Counted from the first letter of the stretch, positions 44,233 through 53,813 are shown. The stretch: DNA of 64,000 bases from Sphingomonadales bacterium (GCA_044508875.1 JBIQHE010000020.1:3402-67401), one strand, 5' to 3'. Notes: generated by a model from the sequence alone, not told the origin. Numbers and translations are program-made.

Positions 44233-45624
44233 CTAGACGACCGGCCCGACGCGCGGATCGGGCTCAAGCCGGACCATCGGCGCGCGTCGCCCCGTCAGCT
44301 TAGCGAACAGCCGTGGCACCAGCGCGTTGGCCTGAGCCCAGTCCCAATAGGCCCGGTAGGCGGGATCAGCGAGGAGGTGCTTTTCCTCGGTTTTGGCGCG
44401 CCAGTAATAGACGCTGCTGACCAGCGCGAGCAGGGCCGTGTTGCGCGCCCCCTCGACCCAGCCGCCGCTGGTGACGAGAAAGGGTAGCGAGCCGACCCAC
44501 CAGCTCAGATTCTTCGAGATATAGGCAGGGTGGCGCGTCAGCGCATAGGGGCCGTGGGTGATCACGCCGCGGTGAGTGAGATTCGAAAAGCGGATGCCGA
44601 ACGCCATTGTTGCCCAGGCGTAGAGTCCGATCAGGATGACGAGCACCACGCTCCAGACGATCATCAGCGCCTCGTGGCCCGCAAGCCAATAGCCCCAGTC
44701 GGCCCCGCCAATCTGGTAGTCGAGTGGGCCGCCGTTCATCAGGATGAAGGGTGGATAACAGATGAGCGCCGCGACCCATGCCATGCCATAGGGGTTGGCG
44801 GTTCGGATGTGCGCGTCCAGCGGCTTCAGCGTCAGGATGTAGCCGACGGTCGCGATGTGGACGTCGACCAGGTAGAGAAGATTGATCGCCCAAAGCCCGG
44901 TCATATAGGGGTTCACTAACACCTCGCTCATCTCGACCGAAACGAGCGCCGCGAAGTTCCCGGGGACGATCGACAGCATGAAGGCGGTGAAGAAACCCTT
45001 CACCGCCCAGGCGCGGAAATGATGACCAATTGCCCGGCCCTCAACCTGCGCCCCGGGCGCGATCAGCCAGCGGCCGAAGGCGTAGCAACCGTCGCGCGGC
45101 TCGACGAGGCGGCGGTCGAGCCACAGCATATAGGGGACAGATATGAGGAGAAGCCAGGGCGCGGCCCGCGCGAGCAGCTCCATGGAGAACGCATATTGCC
45201 CAGACCAATAATAGCGCATTGTCGCATAGCCGAGTGCGATCAGGCCCCAGGTCGCCCAGAGCCCTGCGAGCTTGGTCAGGCTTATGTCGATCGTCTCGCG
45301 CCACGGCCGGCGCATCGACCAATCGATTCCGGTCGAGGGGTTGCGGTGCACCTTGTCGACGAGGAGCGACCAGAGCACCATTGGAAGGCCGCAGGCGAGC
45401 ACGCTCGCGATCGCCGAGGCCGGGCCATCCATTCGCGCCCGGTTGCCCCAGTCGATACCGAAGAAGGACGCGATTTCGGGCGCATGGCGCGCAATCAGCA
45501 GATAGGCAAACAGGCCTAGCAGGCCGACGATGCCGACGCCCGCGCTCACGGCCGATCGCGGCCGCGCCTGGCGGGTTGCCGCGCCGGTATCGGCAGCCGC
45601 GAACGCTGCGGAATTATCGGGCAT
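44233..45624 (-). CDS. Polytopic membrane protein with C-terminal isoprenylcysteine carboxyl methyltransferase (ICMT/PEMT)-like domain
   Basis: 463 aa from ATG 45624. C-terminal ITHGPYALTRHPAYISKNL...YWRAKTEEKHL. Confidence 0.55.
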   Translation of the reverse strand: MPDNSAAFAAADTGAATRQARPRSAVSAGVGIVGLLGLFAYLLIARHAPEIASFFGIDWGNRARMDGPASAIASVLACGLPMVLWSLLVDKVHRNPSTGIDWSMRRPWRETIDISLTKLAGLWATWGLIALGYATMRYYWSGQYAFSMELLARAAPWLLLISVPYMLWLDRRLVEPRDGCYAFGRWLIAPGAQVEGRAIGHHFRAWAVKGFFTAFMLSIVPGNFAALVSVEMSEVLVNPYMTGLWAINLLYLVDVHIATVGYILTLKPLDAHIRTANPYGMAWVAALICYPPFILMNGGPLDYQIGGADWGYWLAGHEALMIVWSVVLVILIGLYAWATMAFGIRFSNLTHRGVITHGPYALTRHPAYISKNLSWWVGSLPFLVTSGGWVEGARNTALLALVSSVYYWRAKTEEKHLLADPAYRAYWDWAQANALVPRLFAKLTGRRAPMVRLEPDPRVGPVV

Positions 45625-45895
45625 ATGCGTCACCCGCTCCCGCCTAGCCGGAAATGGTAAGCAAGCCGTCAACGATGGCTTTGGTCCACGTTTGTTCAAG
45701 GCCTTGGCGGCGATTCGGCGTCGCGATTTTGCGCAGAAAAGCCACCATTCTGGCTGTTTTTCACGATTCATCGCGTCCCCCTTTCGATTCAGCTTGAGTC
45801 GGGGGTCGAAGATTCGCGCTGGACTGACACCGCTGTTAAAGCGCCCCCCATGCCGGGGCGGAGGGCTCCACCAAAATAAAAGACGGGGTCGTTAC

Positions 45896-47113
45896 TTGTC
45901 TTCGCTATCGACGGGCCTGCGCCATTGGTGCCAGCGCTTCAATGCGCTGTTTCAGGACCATGAAATTTTCGTTCGCACTCACGGACATGTCCGCTTCCTG
46001 CGCGTGAGCGCCGTGTGGCAAAAGCGCGTCGCGCTGATTGCCGCAGCGGTGCTGCTCATATGGGCCGGGGCCACACTGACCGTTTTCATCAACCAGATCC
46101 TCACCGCAGGCGAACGCGCGGAGGTCGCGCGCAAGGAGGCGGCGGCCGCCGCCAGCGAAGCCCGCATTGCCCAATATCGGGATCGCGTCGCCGAAATCGC
46201 CGCCGACCTCGACGAGCGCCAGGCGCAACTTGAAGATTGGCAAAAAACCTATTTTGGCGCCGAGCCGCTTCCAGCAGCGAAGACGAATGATGTGGGTACG
46301 GCCGATAAAGACGCAGGTCCGCTCCAAACCAGCGCCGTAGACCCGCGCCTGCCGCCCGAGGCGCAGGTGCTTGCCCAGATCGAAGCACGGCAGGAGGCCT
46401 TTTCGGCGCAGCTGCTCGCCGCGGTCAATGCGCGTGCGAGCAAGGCGGGTGCGGCGGTCGCCAAGCTCGGGTTGGACCCCCAATCGCTCGTGAAGAAGGC
46501 GAGCATCGGGCAGGGTGGTCCCTTCATTCCGTGGCGCGGTCGGATCGGCCGTGCGGGCGCGCTCGGCAAGAGCTTTGCCGCGCTCGAGGGCGCGCTATTC
46601 CGCATGGAGGTCCTCGAACGCACTCTCGTTGCCATTCCGTCGGGCCAGCCTGCGCATGTCTTGATGCTCTCGTCGAGCTATGGCTATCGTCACGATCCCT
46701 TCACCGGAGCGAGCGCGATGCACGCGGGACTCGACTTCCCCGGGCCGCTCGGCACCCCGATCCTCGCTGCCGCACCGGGCAAGGTCGCATTCGTCGGCCG
46801 TCGCTCGGGCTATGGCAATGTCGTCGAGGTGGATCACGGGCAGGGCATTATGACCCGCTACGCCCACCTCTCCGGCTTCGACACCGCCGTGGGCGCGCGC
46901 GTCGCCGCGGGGCAACAGATCGCCCGGATGGGCTCGACCGGCCGCTCGACCGGCAGCCACTTGCATTTCGAAGTCCGTTTGAACGGCGTCGCGGTCAATC
47001 CGCGCCGCTTCCTGGAGGCCAAAGCCGATGTTCTCGAAGTCAAAGCCGACGCCCGACAGCGGGTTGGCGCCCTCGCCCGCGCAAACGCCGGCAACCCCAT
47101 CGCAGCCCGCTAA
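45896..47113 (+). CDS. M23 family metallopeptidase with N-terminal TM segment and coiled coil
   Basis: Motifs HAGLDF, GYGNVVEVDHG and GSTGRSTGSHLHFEV. There is no in-frame ATG after the upstream gene. TTG 45896 or GTG 46004 are possible starts, so the 5' end is uncertain. Confidence 0.75.
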   Translation: MSSLSTGLRHWCQRFNALFQDHEIFVRTHGHVRFLRVSAVWQKRVALIAAAVLLIWAGATLTVFINQILTAGERAEVARKEAAAAASEARIAQYRDRVAEIAADLDERQAQLEDWQKTYFGAEPLPAAKTNDVGTADKDAGPLQTSAVDPRLPPEAQVLAQIEARQEAFSAQLLAAVNARASKAGAAVAKLGLDPQSLVKKASIGQGGPFIPWRGRIGRAGALGKSFAALEGALFRMEVLERTLVAIPSGQPAHVLMLSSSYGYRHDPFTGASAMHAGLDFPGPLGTPILAAAPGKVAFVGRRSGYGNVVEVDHGQGIMTRYAHLSGFDTAVGARVAAGQQIARMGSTGRSTGSHLHFEVRLNGVAVNPRRFLEAKADVLEVKADARQRVGALARANAGNPIAAR

Positions 47114-47114
47114 G

Positions 47115-47522
47115 ATGGCGACCGGAGCCCGCCACACCACCTTCTCGATCATCGGATCGGACGTGGTCATCACCGGCAACGTCGCGGCGAGCGTTGACCT
47201 TCACGTCGACGGAAAGATTGAGGGCGACCTCAAATGCGCGAATCTCGTCCAGGGCGAGGCAAGCGAAATCAAGGGTGCGATCGTCGCAGAGACCGCGAAG
47301 ATTGCCGGCCTGCTCGACGGCTCGATCGAAGCCAAGACCCTCGTGGTCCACGCAAGCGCGCGGATCACAGGCGATGTGGTGTATGAAACAATCACGATCG
47401 AGAATGGCGGCAAGGTTGACGGCAAGCTTTCGCACCGCCGCCACGGCGCCGCCCCCGCGGCGGTGAAGGCCCCGCCGCCTCTCGAGGTGGTGGCGAACAA
47501 ACCAGCCGCCGGCGGTATCTGA
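47115..47522 (+). CDS. Bactofilin family cytoskeletal protein
   Basis: 135 aa from ATG 47115, 1 nt after the M23 stop. DUF583 beta-helix repeats: GNVAASVDLHVDGKIEGDL...GAIVAETAKIAG...ARITGDVVYETITIENGGKVDG. Confidence 0.85.
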   Translation: MATGARHTTFSIIGSDVVITGNVAASVDLHVDGKIEGDLKCANLVQGEASEIKGAIVAETAKIAGLLDGSIEAKTLVVHASARITGDVVYETITIENGGKVDGKLSHRRHGAAPAAVKAPPPLEVVANKPAAGGI

Positions 47523-48000
47523 AGCGCCGATTTAACGTCTGTGGGACCAGCGGGGCGGATATTCGTGCTCTCTGCACGCTTGCCCGCGGCGCCTCTTCGA
47601 TCCCCCGAACCCGGCTTTGGCCTGCATGGGCCCGGCGGGGATCCTCTGCGCGGCCGATGCCAGAATAGCGCAAGCCATTTCGCCCACGGGCATGATGCAG
47701 GCTCGAGCGCTCAAGTCCCGTGCTCCGCCGATCATCGGACCACACCCCTCTCATTCCTGCATCCCTGCGGAGCCTGAAACAAGGCACGGAGCCCGCAGCA
47801 GGTCTTTGCAAGGTCCAGCCTCGCTCGAGGTAATCGGCGGGCCCGGTGAGCGCGCGCGCCCCGTCGCATTTCTGGCAAAGTGCGACCACGAATGTACGGC
47901 AGAGGAGCTTTCTTGAGATGAGGTCAAACCTCGCCGATCGCCGAATTGATCCGGCGACCGGCAGGCGGACATCCGGCCCGGCACCGGACCGATTTGACAC

Positions 48001-48020
48001 CATACCAACTAGTCGGTATG
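48001..48020. promoter_or_regulatory. Candidate TetR operator: near-perfect 20-bp palindrome CATACCAACTAGTCGGTATG
   Basis: Read directly. One mismatched pair. Ends 9 nt before the TetR ATG at 48030. Confidence 0.55.
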
Positions 48021-48029
48021 TAGATTCGC

Positions 48030-48731
48030 ATGACGACGAATCAGCGCCCTTCCACTCCCTCGCGCACCCCTGGTGCCGCTGCCGCCGCTCGCACAGTCCC
48101 CCAGGCGGGCGGCGGCGCCCCCTCCCGCGGACGGGCGGCGCGGGGAAGCGCGCGTGACAAGCTGATCGCGGCGGCGCACCAGGCAGTTCGGCGCAAGGGC
48201 TATGCCGCTACGACCGTCGACGAGATTTGCGCCGCAGCGGGCGTCACCAAGGGCGCCTTTTTCCACCATTTCGCATCAAAGGACGCGCTGGCGGTTGCTG
48301 CCGCCGACGGCTGGACGGAACGCGCGCGTCCGATGTTCGAAATTCCCCCGCACACGAAGCTCGATGATCCGCTTGATCGGCTGATTGGCCATATCGACTT
48401 CCGCCTCGCCATGATCGACGGCCCGGTCGAGGATTTCACCTGCTTCGTCGGGACGATGGTGCAGGAAGCCTATGCGACGAACGACGCGATCCGGGCCGCC
48501 TGCGAGGCGAGTATCACGGCCTATTGCGAAGCGCTGGCCCCGGACATCGAGGCAGCGATCGCGCGCCATGGCATTTCGCACGGTGTCAGCGCGATAAGCC
48601 TCGCGCGGCATGTCCAGGCGGTGCTGCAGGGCGCCTTCATCATGGCGAAAACCGCGAACGAGGCCGCCATCGCCCGCGACAGCGTCGCCCATTTGAAACG
48701 CTACATCCTCATGCTGTTCGGCAGAGGTTGA
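48030..48731 (+). CDS. TetR/AcrR family transcriptional regulator
   Basis: 233 aa. Disordered Pro/Ala/Arg N-terminus, then the HTH segment YAATTVDEICAAAGVTKGAFFHHFASKDAL. Confidence 0.9.
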   Translation: MTTNQRPSTPSRTPGAAAAARTVPQAGGGAPSRGRAARGSARDKLIAAAHQAVRRKGYAATTVDEICAAAGVTKGAFFHHFASKDALAVAAADGWTERARPMFEIPPHTKLDDPLDRLIGHIDFRLAMIDGPVEDFTCFVGTMVQEAYATNDAIRAACEASITAYCEALAPDIEAAIARHGISHGVSAISLARHVQAVLQGAFIMAKTANEAAIARDSVAHLKRYILMLFGRG

Positions 48732-48761
48732 AAAGAGAGAGAGAAGAGAGAGGATTCCCCC

Positions 48762-49202
48762 ATGACCGATATCCCCAGGATGATTTTCGTGAACCTGCCG
48801 GTTGCCGACCTTGAGAAGTCGAAGAGCTTTTACACTGCGCTCGGCTTTACCAACGAGCCGCGCTTCACCGACGACACCGCCGCAGCGATGGTGTGGTCGG
48901 AGAGTATCTTCCTCATGATCCTCACCCACGAGAAGTGGAAGAGTTTCACCGATCGTCCGATCGCCCCGACGACGTCCAGCGAAGTGTCGCTGGCGCTGGC
49001 GATGGCGAGCCGCGAGGCAGTCGACATGATGATCGAGGCTGCAGCTGCAAACGGCGGCACGGCCGACGTCAACCCGGCGCAGGATCACGGCTTCATGTAT
49101 GGCCGCGACCTCCTCGACCCCGACGGCCACGTCTGGGGGCCCTTTTGGATGGACCCCGCCGTCGCGAGCGGCGAGGCGGAGGTGCCCGAAGTCGCATCCT
49201 GA
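48762..49202 (+). CDS. VOC (glyoxalase/bleomycin-resistance) family protein
   Basis: 146 aa. IFVNLPVADLEKSKSFYTALGF... and DPDGHVW are typical of the VOC fold. Confidence 0.7.
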   Translation: MTDIPRMIFVNLPVADLEKSKSFYTALGFTNEPRFTDDTAAAMVWSESIFLMILTHEKWKSFTDRPIAPTTSSEVSLALAMASREAVDMMIEAAAANGGTADVNPAQDHGFMYGRDLLDPDGHVWGPFWMDPAVASGEAEVPEVAS

Positions 49203-49227
49203 CCTCACGTAGCAGGAGAGAGAGACG

Positions 49228-49638
49228 ATGATAGCCATCCCCTCCCGCCAGGCGCTGATTTTCGGACGCGCTCTTAGCGGCCTTGTCGTCGCCTTTTTGC
49301 TCATTGACTGCGGAACCAAGCTGATCGCGCCGCAATTGGCGCTCGCGTACAGCCCGCCCGGCCTTGGTTGGCGGCTGGACGTCACAACGATGCGGACACT
49401 CGGCGTGCTGCTCCTGCTCCCGACGCTGCTCCACATCTGGCCGCGCACGGCTGTGCTCGGAGCAATCCTGATCACCGGCTATCTGGGCGGGGCGATTGCC
49501 ACCCATTTACGTATCGAGAGCCCCCTGCCGACCCACACGCTATTTGGCGCCTACCTCGGCGTCATGCTGTGGGGTGGGCTGTGGCTGCGGAACCCCGCCT
49601 TGCGCCGGCTGATCCCCGTTCAAGCTGCCGAAGACTGA
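49228..49638 (+). CDS. DoxX-like small membrane protein
   Basis: 136 aa with four hydrophobic segments. GYLGGAIATHLRI resembles the DoxX-like family. Confidence 0.5.
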   Translation: MIAIPSRQALIFGRALSGLVVAFLLIDCGTKLIAPQLALAYSPPGLGWRLDVTTMRTLGVLLLLPTLLHIWPRTAVLGAILITGYLGGAIATHLRIESPLPTHTLFGAYLGVMLWGGLWLRNPALRRLIPVQAAED

Positions 49639-49691
49639 CCCTGCCAAGGGCGGCCGGACCCGGCTCCGTCAAACATAGGAAGGAAATTCCC

Positions 49692-50657
49692 ATGTCCTTT
49701 TCCGCCTTCCCGATTGCAACACTGCGCCGCTCCGCGGCGCTGGTCCCGGCGCTACTTCTCGCCGCCGTCGCGCCTGCGCAGGCTCAGCCGCCGCAAGGAA
49801 TCGGTCCGGTCGCCGCCGCCGACACGGCAAGACCCGGGACCGCCAATGTCAACGGCGCCAGGCTTCATTATGCGGTTCACGGCGATCTCGCCTCGGACAA
49901 GAGGCCGCTGCTCATCCTTCACGGCGCTTTCATGTCAGGCGAGGCGATGAAGCCACTCGTCGATCGCTTCGCCGGATCGCGTCCCATCATCACCATTGAT
50001 GCGCGCGGCCACGGCCGCACCGGCGACGTGGGCGGCCCGATCAGCTATGAAGTGATGGCGGACGATGCGGCGGCGCTGCTAGCCCATCTGGGTGTCGCGC
50101 GGGCCGACGTGCTGGGATACTCGATGGGCGGCAGCACCGCGGTCGCCCTCGCCGTCCGCCATCCCGATCGCATCGACAAGCAGGTGATCCTGTCGGGCAC
50201 GGCAAGCCTCAGCGGCTGGTATCCCGAAGTGCTCGCCGCCATTGCCCAAATGACCCCCGAGGCACTGACGGGATCTCCCATGGAGAAAGCCTATCGGGAC
50301 ATGTCCCCGACCGCAGACGGCTTTCCGAAACTCGTCGCGGCGATCAAGACGCTCGATTCGACGCCCTTCGCCTTCAGCGACGAGCAGCTGCGCGCAATCT
50401 CCGGCAAGACAATGATCGTCCTGGGCGACGCCGACGGCGTGACCTTCGACCATGCAATCAAGCTGTTCAGACTGCGTGGCGGCGACGACATGAAGCCCGT
50501 CGTTGAGGGATTCATGACCGAGCCACCCCGGGCGCGGCTCGCCATCCTGCCGGGCACCTCGCACATCGGCCTGATGGCTGAGGCGGCAACGATCGCCGCA
50601 ATGGTCACGCCCTTTCTCGACGACGCCACGCCGCCGCTGCCCGACACCTTCTTCTAG
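49692..50657 (+). CDS. Alpha/beta hydrolase (exported)
   Basis: 321 aa from ATG 49692 with a signal peptide. HG oxyanion motif LILHGAF, nucleophile elbow GYSMGG, and a C-terminal H in PGTSHIG. Confidence 0.8.
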   Translation: MSFSAFPIATLRRSAALVPALLLAAVAPAQAQPPQGIGPVAAADTARPGTANVNGARLHYAVHGDLASDKRPLLILHGAFMSGEAMKPLVDRFAGSRPIITIDARGHGRTGDVGGPISYEVMADDAAALLAHLGVARADVLGYSMGGSTAVALAVRHPDRIDKQVILSGTASLSGWYPEVLAAIAQMTPEALTGSPMEKAYRDMSPTADGFPKLVAAIKTLDSTPFAFSDEQLRAISGKTMIVLGDADGVTFDHAIKLFRLRGGDDMKPVVEGFMTEPPRARLAILPGTSHIGLMAEAATIAAMVTPFLDDATPPLPDTFF

Positions 50658-50693
50658 AAGGGCAGCGAACCCAGAGATTCGAGGAGAGGATCC

Positions 50694-51368
50694 ATGTCCG
50701 TAAACCCGAATTCCACTATAGAAATCACCGCTTTCGACTGGGTCCCTGATTTCGCGCGCGGCTTCGTCCGCGACCTTCGCCCCCGATGGGCGTGCGAGGA
50801 AATGGGGATCGACTATGCCGAGAAGCTGATCAGCGCGGTCAATCGCCCGCCCGAACATTATCGCGACCAGCCGTGGGGCCAAGTACCCGTGCTGCGCGAC
50901 GGCCACGTGCGCCTGTTCGAAAGCGGCGCGATCCTTCTCCATCTTGCAGAAAAGGACGAAGCGTTGCTGCCGCGCGACCCGCAGCGCCGCGCGACCGTCA
51001 CCAGCTGGCTGTTCGCGGCCTATAACAGCGTCGAGCCCTTGATGTTCGAGCTAACGAACGTCGACCTTTTCGCCGCGCAAGAGGAATGGGCAAAGCTGCG
51101 GCGACCGGGGCTGATGGAGTTTATTCACCAGCGCTTCGCCAAGCTGGCCGCGGCGCTGGGCGACCGGCTTTACCTGGCGGGCGATTTCAGCGTCGCCGAC
51201 ATCGCGATGGCGACGGTTCTGCGCGAGGGCATCGAGAGCGGCGCGGTTGCCGAGCACCCCAAGCTCGAGGCCTATCTGTCGCGCTGCCTCGCCAGGCCGG
51301 GCTTCGACCGCGCGCTGAAGGCCCAGCTCGCGGCGTTTCGCGAGGAAGCGGGACCCGTGGGGGAATAA
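50694..51368 (+). CDS. Glutathione S-transferase family protein
   Basis: 224 aa. GQVPVLRDGHVRLFESGAILLHL and a helical C-terminal domain. Confidence 0.8.
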   Translation: MSVNPNSTIEITAFDWVPDFARGFVRDLRPRWACEEMGIDYAEKLISAVNRPPEHYRDQPWGQVPVLRDGHVRLFESGAILLHLAEKDEALLPRDPQRRATVTSWLFAAYNSVEPLMFELTNVDLFAAQEEWAKLRRPGLMEFIHQRFAKLAAALGDRLYLAGDFSVADIAMATVLREGIESGAVAEHPKLEAYLSRCLARPGFDRALKAQLAAFREEAGPVGE

Positions 51369-51406
51369 GGAGCCCTCTTGAAGGGCAAGAAGAACAAAGG
51401 AGAGAG

Positions 51407-52129
51407 ATGATGACCTATGTCGAAGGATTTGTCCTCGCGGTGCCGAGCGCCAGCAAGGAAGAGTATCGCAAGCACGCTGCCGAAGCGGTGGCTCTTTTCA
51501 AGGAATTCGGCGTTCGCCGCCATGTCGAAACATGGGGTGACGACGTGCCCGCCGGCAAGCTCAATGACTTTCGTACCGCGGTCGAAGCCAAGGAGGGCGA
51601 GGAAATCGTCTTCAGCTGGTTCGAATATCCCGATCGCGCGGCGCGCGACGCTGCGAACAGCAAGATGATGAGCGATTCGCGGATGCAGGACATGGGGCAA
51701 GGCATGCCCTTCGACGGACAAAGGATGATCGTTTCAGGTTTCGAGTCGATCGTCGACGAAGGCCTGGGCGGGCCGATGGGGTACACCGACGGCTTCCTCG
51801 TCGCGGTGCCAGACGCCAACAAGGACGCCTATCGTGCGATGGCAGACAAGGCGGCGATCGTCTTCCTCGATTATGGCGCGACGCGCGTGCTCGAATGCTG
51901 GGGTGATGATGTCCATGACGGCAAAGTCACCGATTTCAAGCGCGCGGTGCACCTCGAGACCGGTGAGACACCGGTGTTCAGCTGGATCGAATGGCCGAGC
52001 AAGGCGGCGCGCATCGCGGGATGGGAGAAGATCATGTCCGACGAACGGATGCAGCCCGACCCGAATGACCAAACGTTCGACGGCAAGCGCATGATCTATG
52101 GCGGGTTCACGCCAATTCTGGACGCCTGA
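51407..52129 (+). CDS. Tandem DUF1428 (two-domain) protein
   Basis: 240 aa from ATG 51407. The internal duplication is visible: YVEGFVLAVP/YTDGFLVAVP, WGDDV in both halves, VFSWFEYP/VFSWIEWP, FDGQRMI/FDGKRMI. Confidence 0.7.
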   Translation: MMTYVEGFVLAVPSASKEEYRKHAAEAVALFKEFGVRRHVETWGDDVPAGKLNDFRTAVEAKEGEEIVFSWFEYPDRAARDAANSKMMSDSRMQDMGQGMPFDGQRMIVSGFESIVDEGLGGPMGYTDGFLVAVPDANKDAYRAMADKAAIVFLDYGATRVLECWGDDVHDGKVTDFKRAVHLETGETPVFSWIEWPSKAARIAGWEKIMSDERMQPDPNDQTFDGKRMIYGGFTPILDA

Positions 52130-52267
52130 TCCATTGGATCCGCGCCGCCGCAAAGCGGCGGGCCGGCGGGCCAGCGGAGCGCTTGATGAGCGACCGAGCA
52201 GGAGCGCATCTCCGCGCGCCGGGTGCCCTCCATGTCCCGCTTTCGCGGCAGAAATGACGAGAGGAGA

Positions 52268-52990
52268 ATGGCGATGGAACATCTGGCCTTCCCCAACGAA
52301 AGCGCCGACTACCGCGACGCGCGCGCGGCATTGCTCGACGCCGAGATCGCGCTGCGGCGGCAAATTGAAGCCGTTGCGGCGCAGCGGCGGGCGCTGCCGC
52401 GCGGCGGAGCGATACCCGAGGATTATGTTTTCGAGCGTACGGGCGCACACCAGCGTACCGAAAGGGTTCGGCTGTCCGACCTTTTCGGCGATCAGCGCGC
52501 GATCATCCTCTACAGCTTCATGTTCGGGCCCGAGCGCGCAACGCCGTGCCCCGGCTGCACCCATCTGCTCGACGCGATCGACGGCGCGGCGCGGCATGTC
52601 GGGCAACGCGCCCCGCTTTTTATCGTCGCCAAGTCGCCAATGGCGCGGCTCGAGGCCCGGGCAAGGGAGCGTCGCTGGCCGCACCTTCAGTTCCTCTCCG
52701 ACGGCGAGGGCCGCTATTCGGCCGCCTATTTCGGCGACACGCGGCGGCTAAGCAGCGCGAAACGCGCCGAGCGAGGCATGGGCGAAGGCGAGGATTGGGA
52801 CGAGACGATCTTCAACGTCTTTTGCAAGGACGGCGACACCATTCGCCATCATTGGGCGAGCGAAATGGCTTATGCGCCCGAGGACCCCGGCCAGCACCAC
52901 CGCGCCGGCGATCTTGTGGATCCGCTTTGGGGGCTGCTCGACATGACCCCCGAAGGGCGGGGCAATTTCTTCCCCAGCCTAGATTATTGA
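52268..52990 (+). CDS. DUF899 thioredoxin-like protein
   Basis: About 240 aa. FPNESADYRDARAALLDAEIALRRQIE and CPGC in ATPCPGCTHLLD. Confidence 0.7.
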   Translation: MAMEHLAFPNESADYRDARAALLDAEIALRRQIEAVAAQRRALPRGGAIPEDYVFERTGAHQRTERVRLSDLFGDQRAIILYSFMFGPERATPCPGCTHLLDAIDGAARHVGQRAPLFIVAKSPMARLEARARERRWPHLQFLSDGEGRYSAAYFGDTRRLSSAKRAERGMGEGEDWDETIFNVFCKDGDTIRHHWASEMAYAPEDPGQHHRAGDLVDPLWGLLDMTPEGRGNFFPSLDY

Positions 52991-53009
52991 GCCCGACTCA
53001 AGGAGCAAG

Positions 53010-53813
53010 ATGATGACCAATCCCATGGGCAGCTTCATCTGGTACGAGTTGATGACGAGCGATCCCGATGCCGCAGCGCGTTTTTACGGCGCAGTGGTTG
53101 GCTGGACGATCGCGGCGCACGCCGACCCAGCGGCGAGCGGCGTCGATTACCGCATGATTGGTCGCAGCGACGGTGGAAATGCTGGCGGGGTGCTGGCCTT
53201 GAGCGCCGACATGCTCGCAGGCGGAGCCCGGCCAGCGTGGATGGGCTATCTCTATACACCGGATGTCGACGCCGCCATCGCGGGCATCGCCGCCGACGGC
53301 GGCGCGGTGCACATGCCCCCGACTGACCTGCCCGTGGGGCGCATCGCGATGCTGTCCGACCCGCAGGGCGCTGCCTTCTATGTCATGAACCCGATCCCGC
53401 CTGCCGGGATGGAGGACATGGACAGCGACGCCTTCTCGGTGACCGAGGCGCAGCATGTACGCTGGAACGAGCTGATGACCAGCGACCCCGACGCGGCGAT
53501 TTCCTTTTACCGGAAGCATTTCGGCTGGAGGCAGGAGGGCGCATTCGACATGGGGGAGCTGGGCGCTTATCGTTTCCTGCAAGTGGGCAGCGATGTCACG
53601 ATCGGCGCCGTGGTCGGGCTCGGACCCGCCGCGCCCGCGTCGGTGTGGACCTATTATATCGGGGTCGACGACATTGACCACGCCGCCGCCGCGGTCACAG
53701 CGAATGGCGGCACGATCAGCAGCGAACCGATGGAAATCCCGGGCGGCGAATTCGCGATGAACGGCGTCGACCCGCAGGGCGCGACATTCGGCCTCGTCGG
53801 ACCGCGCCATTGA
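53010..53813 (+). CDS. Two-domain VOC family protein
   Basis: 267 aa. The repeated FIWYELMTSDPDAAARFY / VRWNELMTSDPDAAISFY modules and DPQGAAF / DPQGATF are visible. Confidence 0.75.
   Translation: MMTNPMGSFIWYELMTSDPDAAARFYGAVVGWTIAAHADPAASGVDYRMIGRSDGGNAGGVLALSADMLAGGARPAWMGYLYTPDVDAAIAGIAADGGAVHMPPTDLPVGRIAMLSDPQGAAFYVMNPIPPAGMEDMDSDAFSVTEAQHVRWNELMTSDPDAAISFYRKHFGWRQEGAFDMGELGAYRFLQVGSDVTIGAVVGLGPAAPASVWTYYIGVDDIDHAAAAVTANGGTISSEPMEIPGGEFAMNGVDPQGATFGLVGPRH

Noticed and set aside
45950-45997. 15-codon upstream ORF (MKFSFALTDMSASCA) ahead of the M23 peptidase TM segment
   Set aside because: It lies in a different frame inside the likely N-terminal coding region of the peptidase. It has no SD and no known leader-peptide logic.
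47900-47970. TPP (THI-box) riboswitch-like fragments: TTGAGA, a GAGGT-caa-ACCTC hairpin, GAATTGATCCGG and CCGGCAGG
   Set aside because: Only pieces of the consensus are present. I cannot build P1/P2 (there is no GGGG...ACCC pairing), and the L5/J4-5 nucleotides differ. The downstream gene is a TetR regulator, not a thiamine gene. This is probably chance, but an Infernal scan would settle it.
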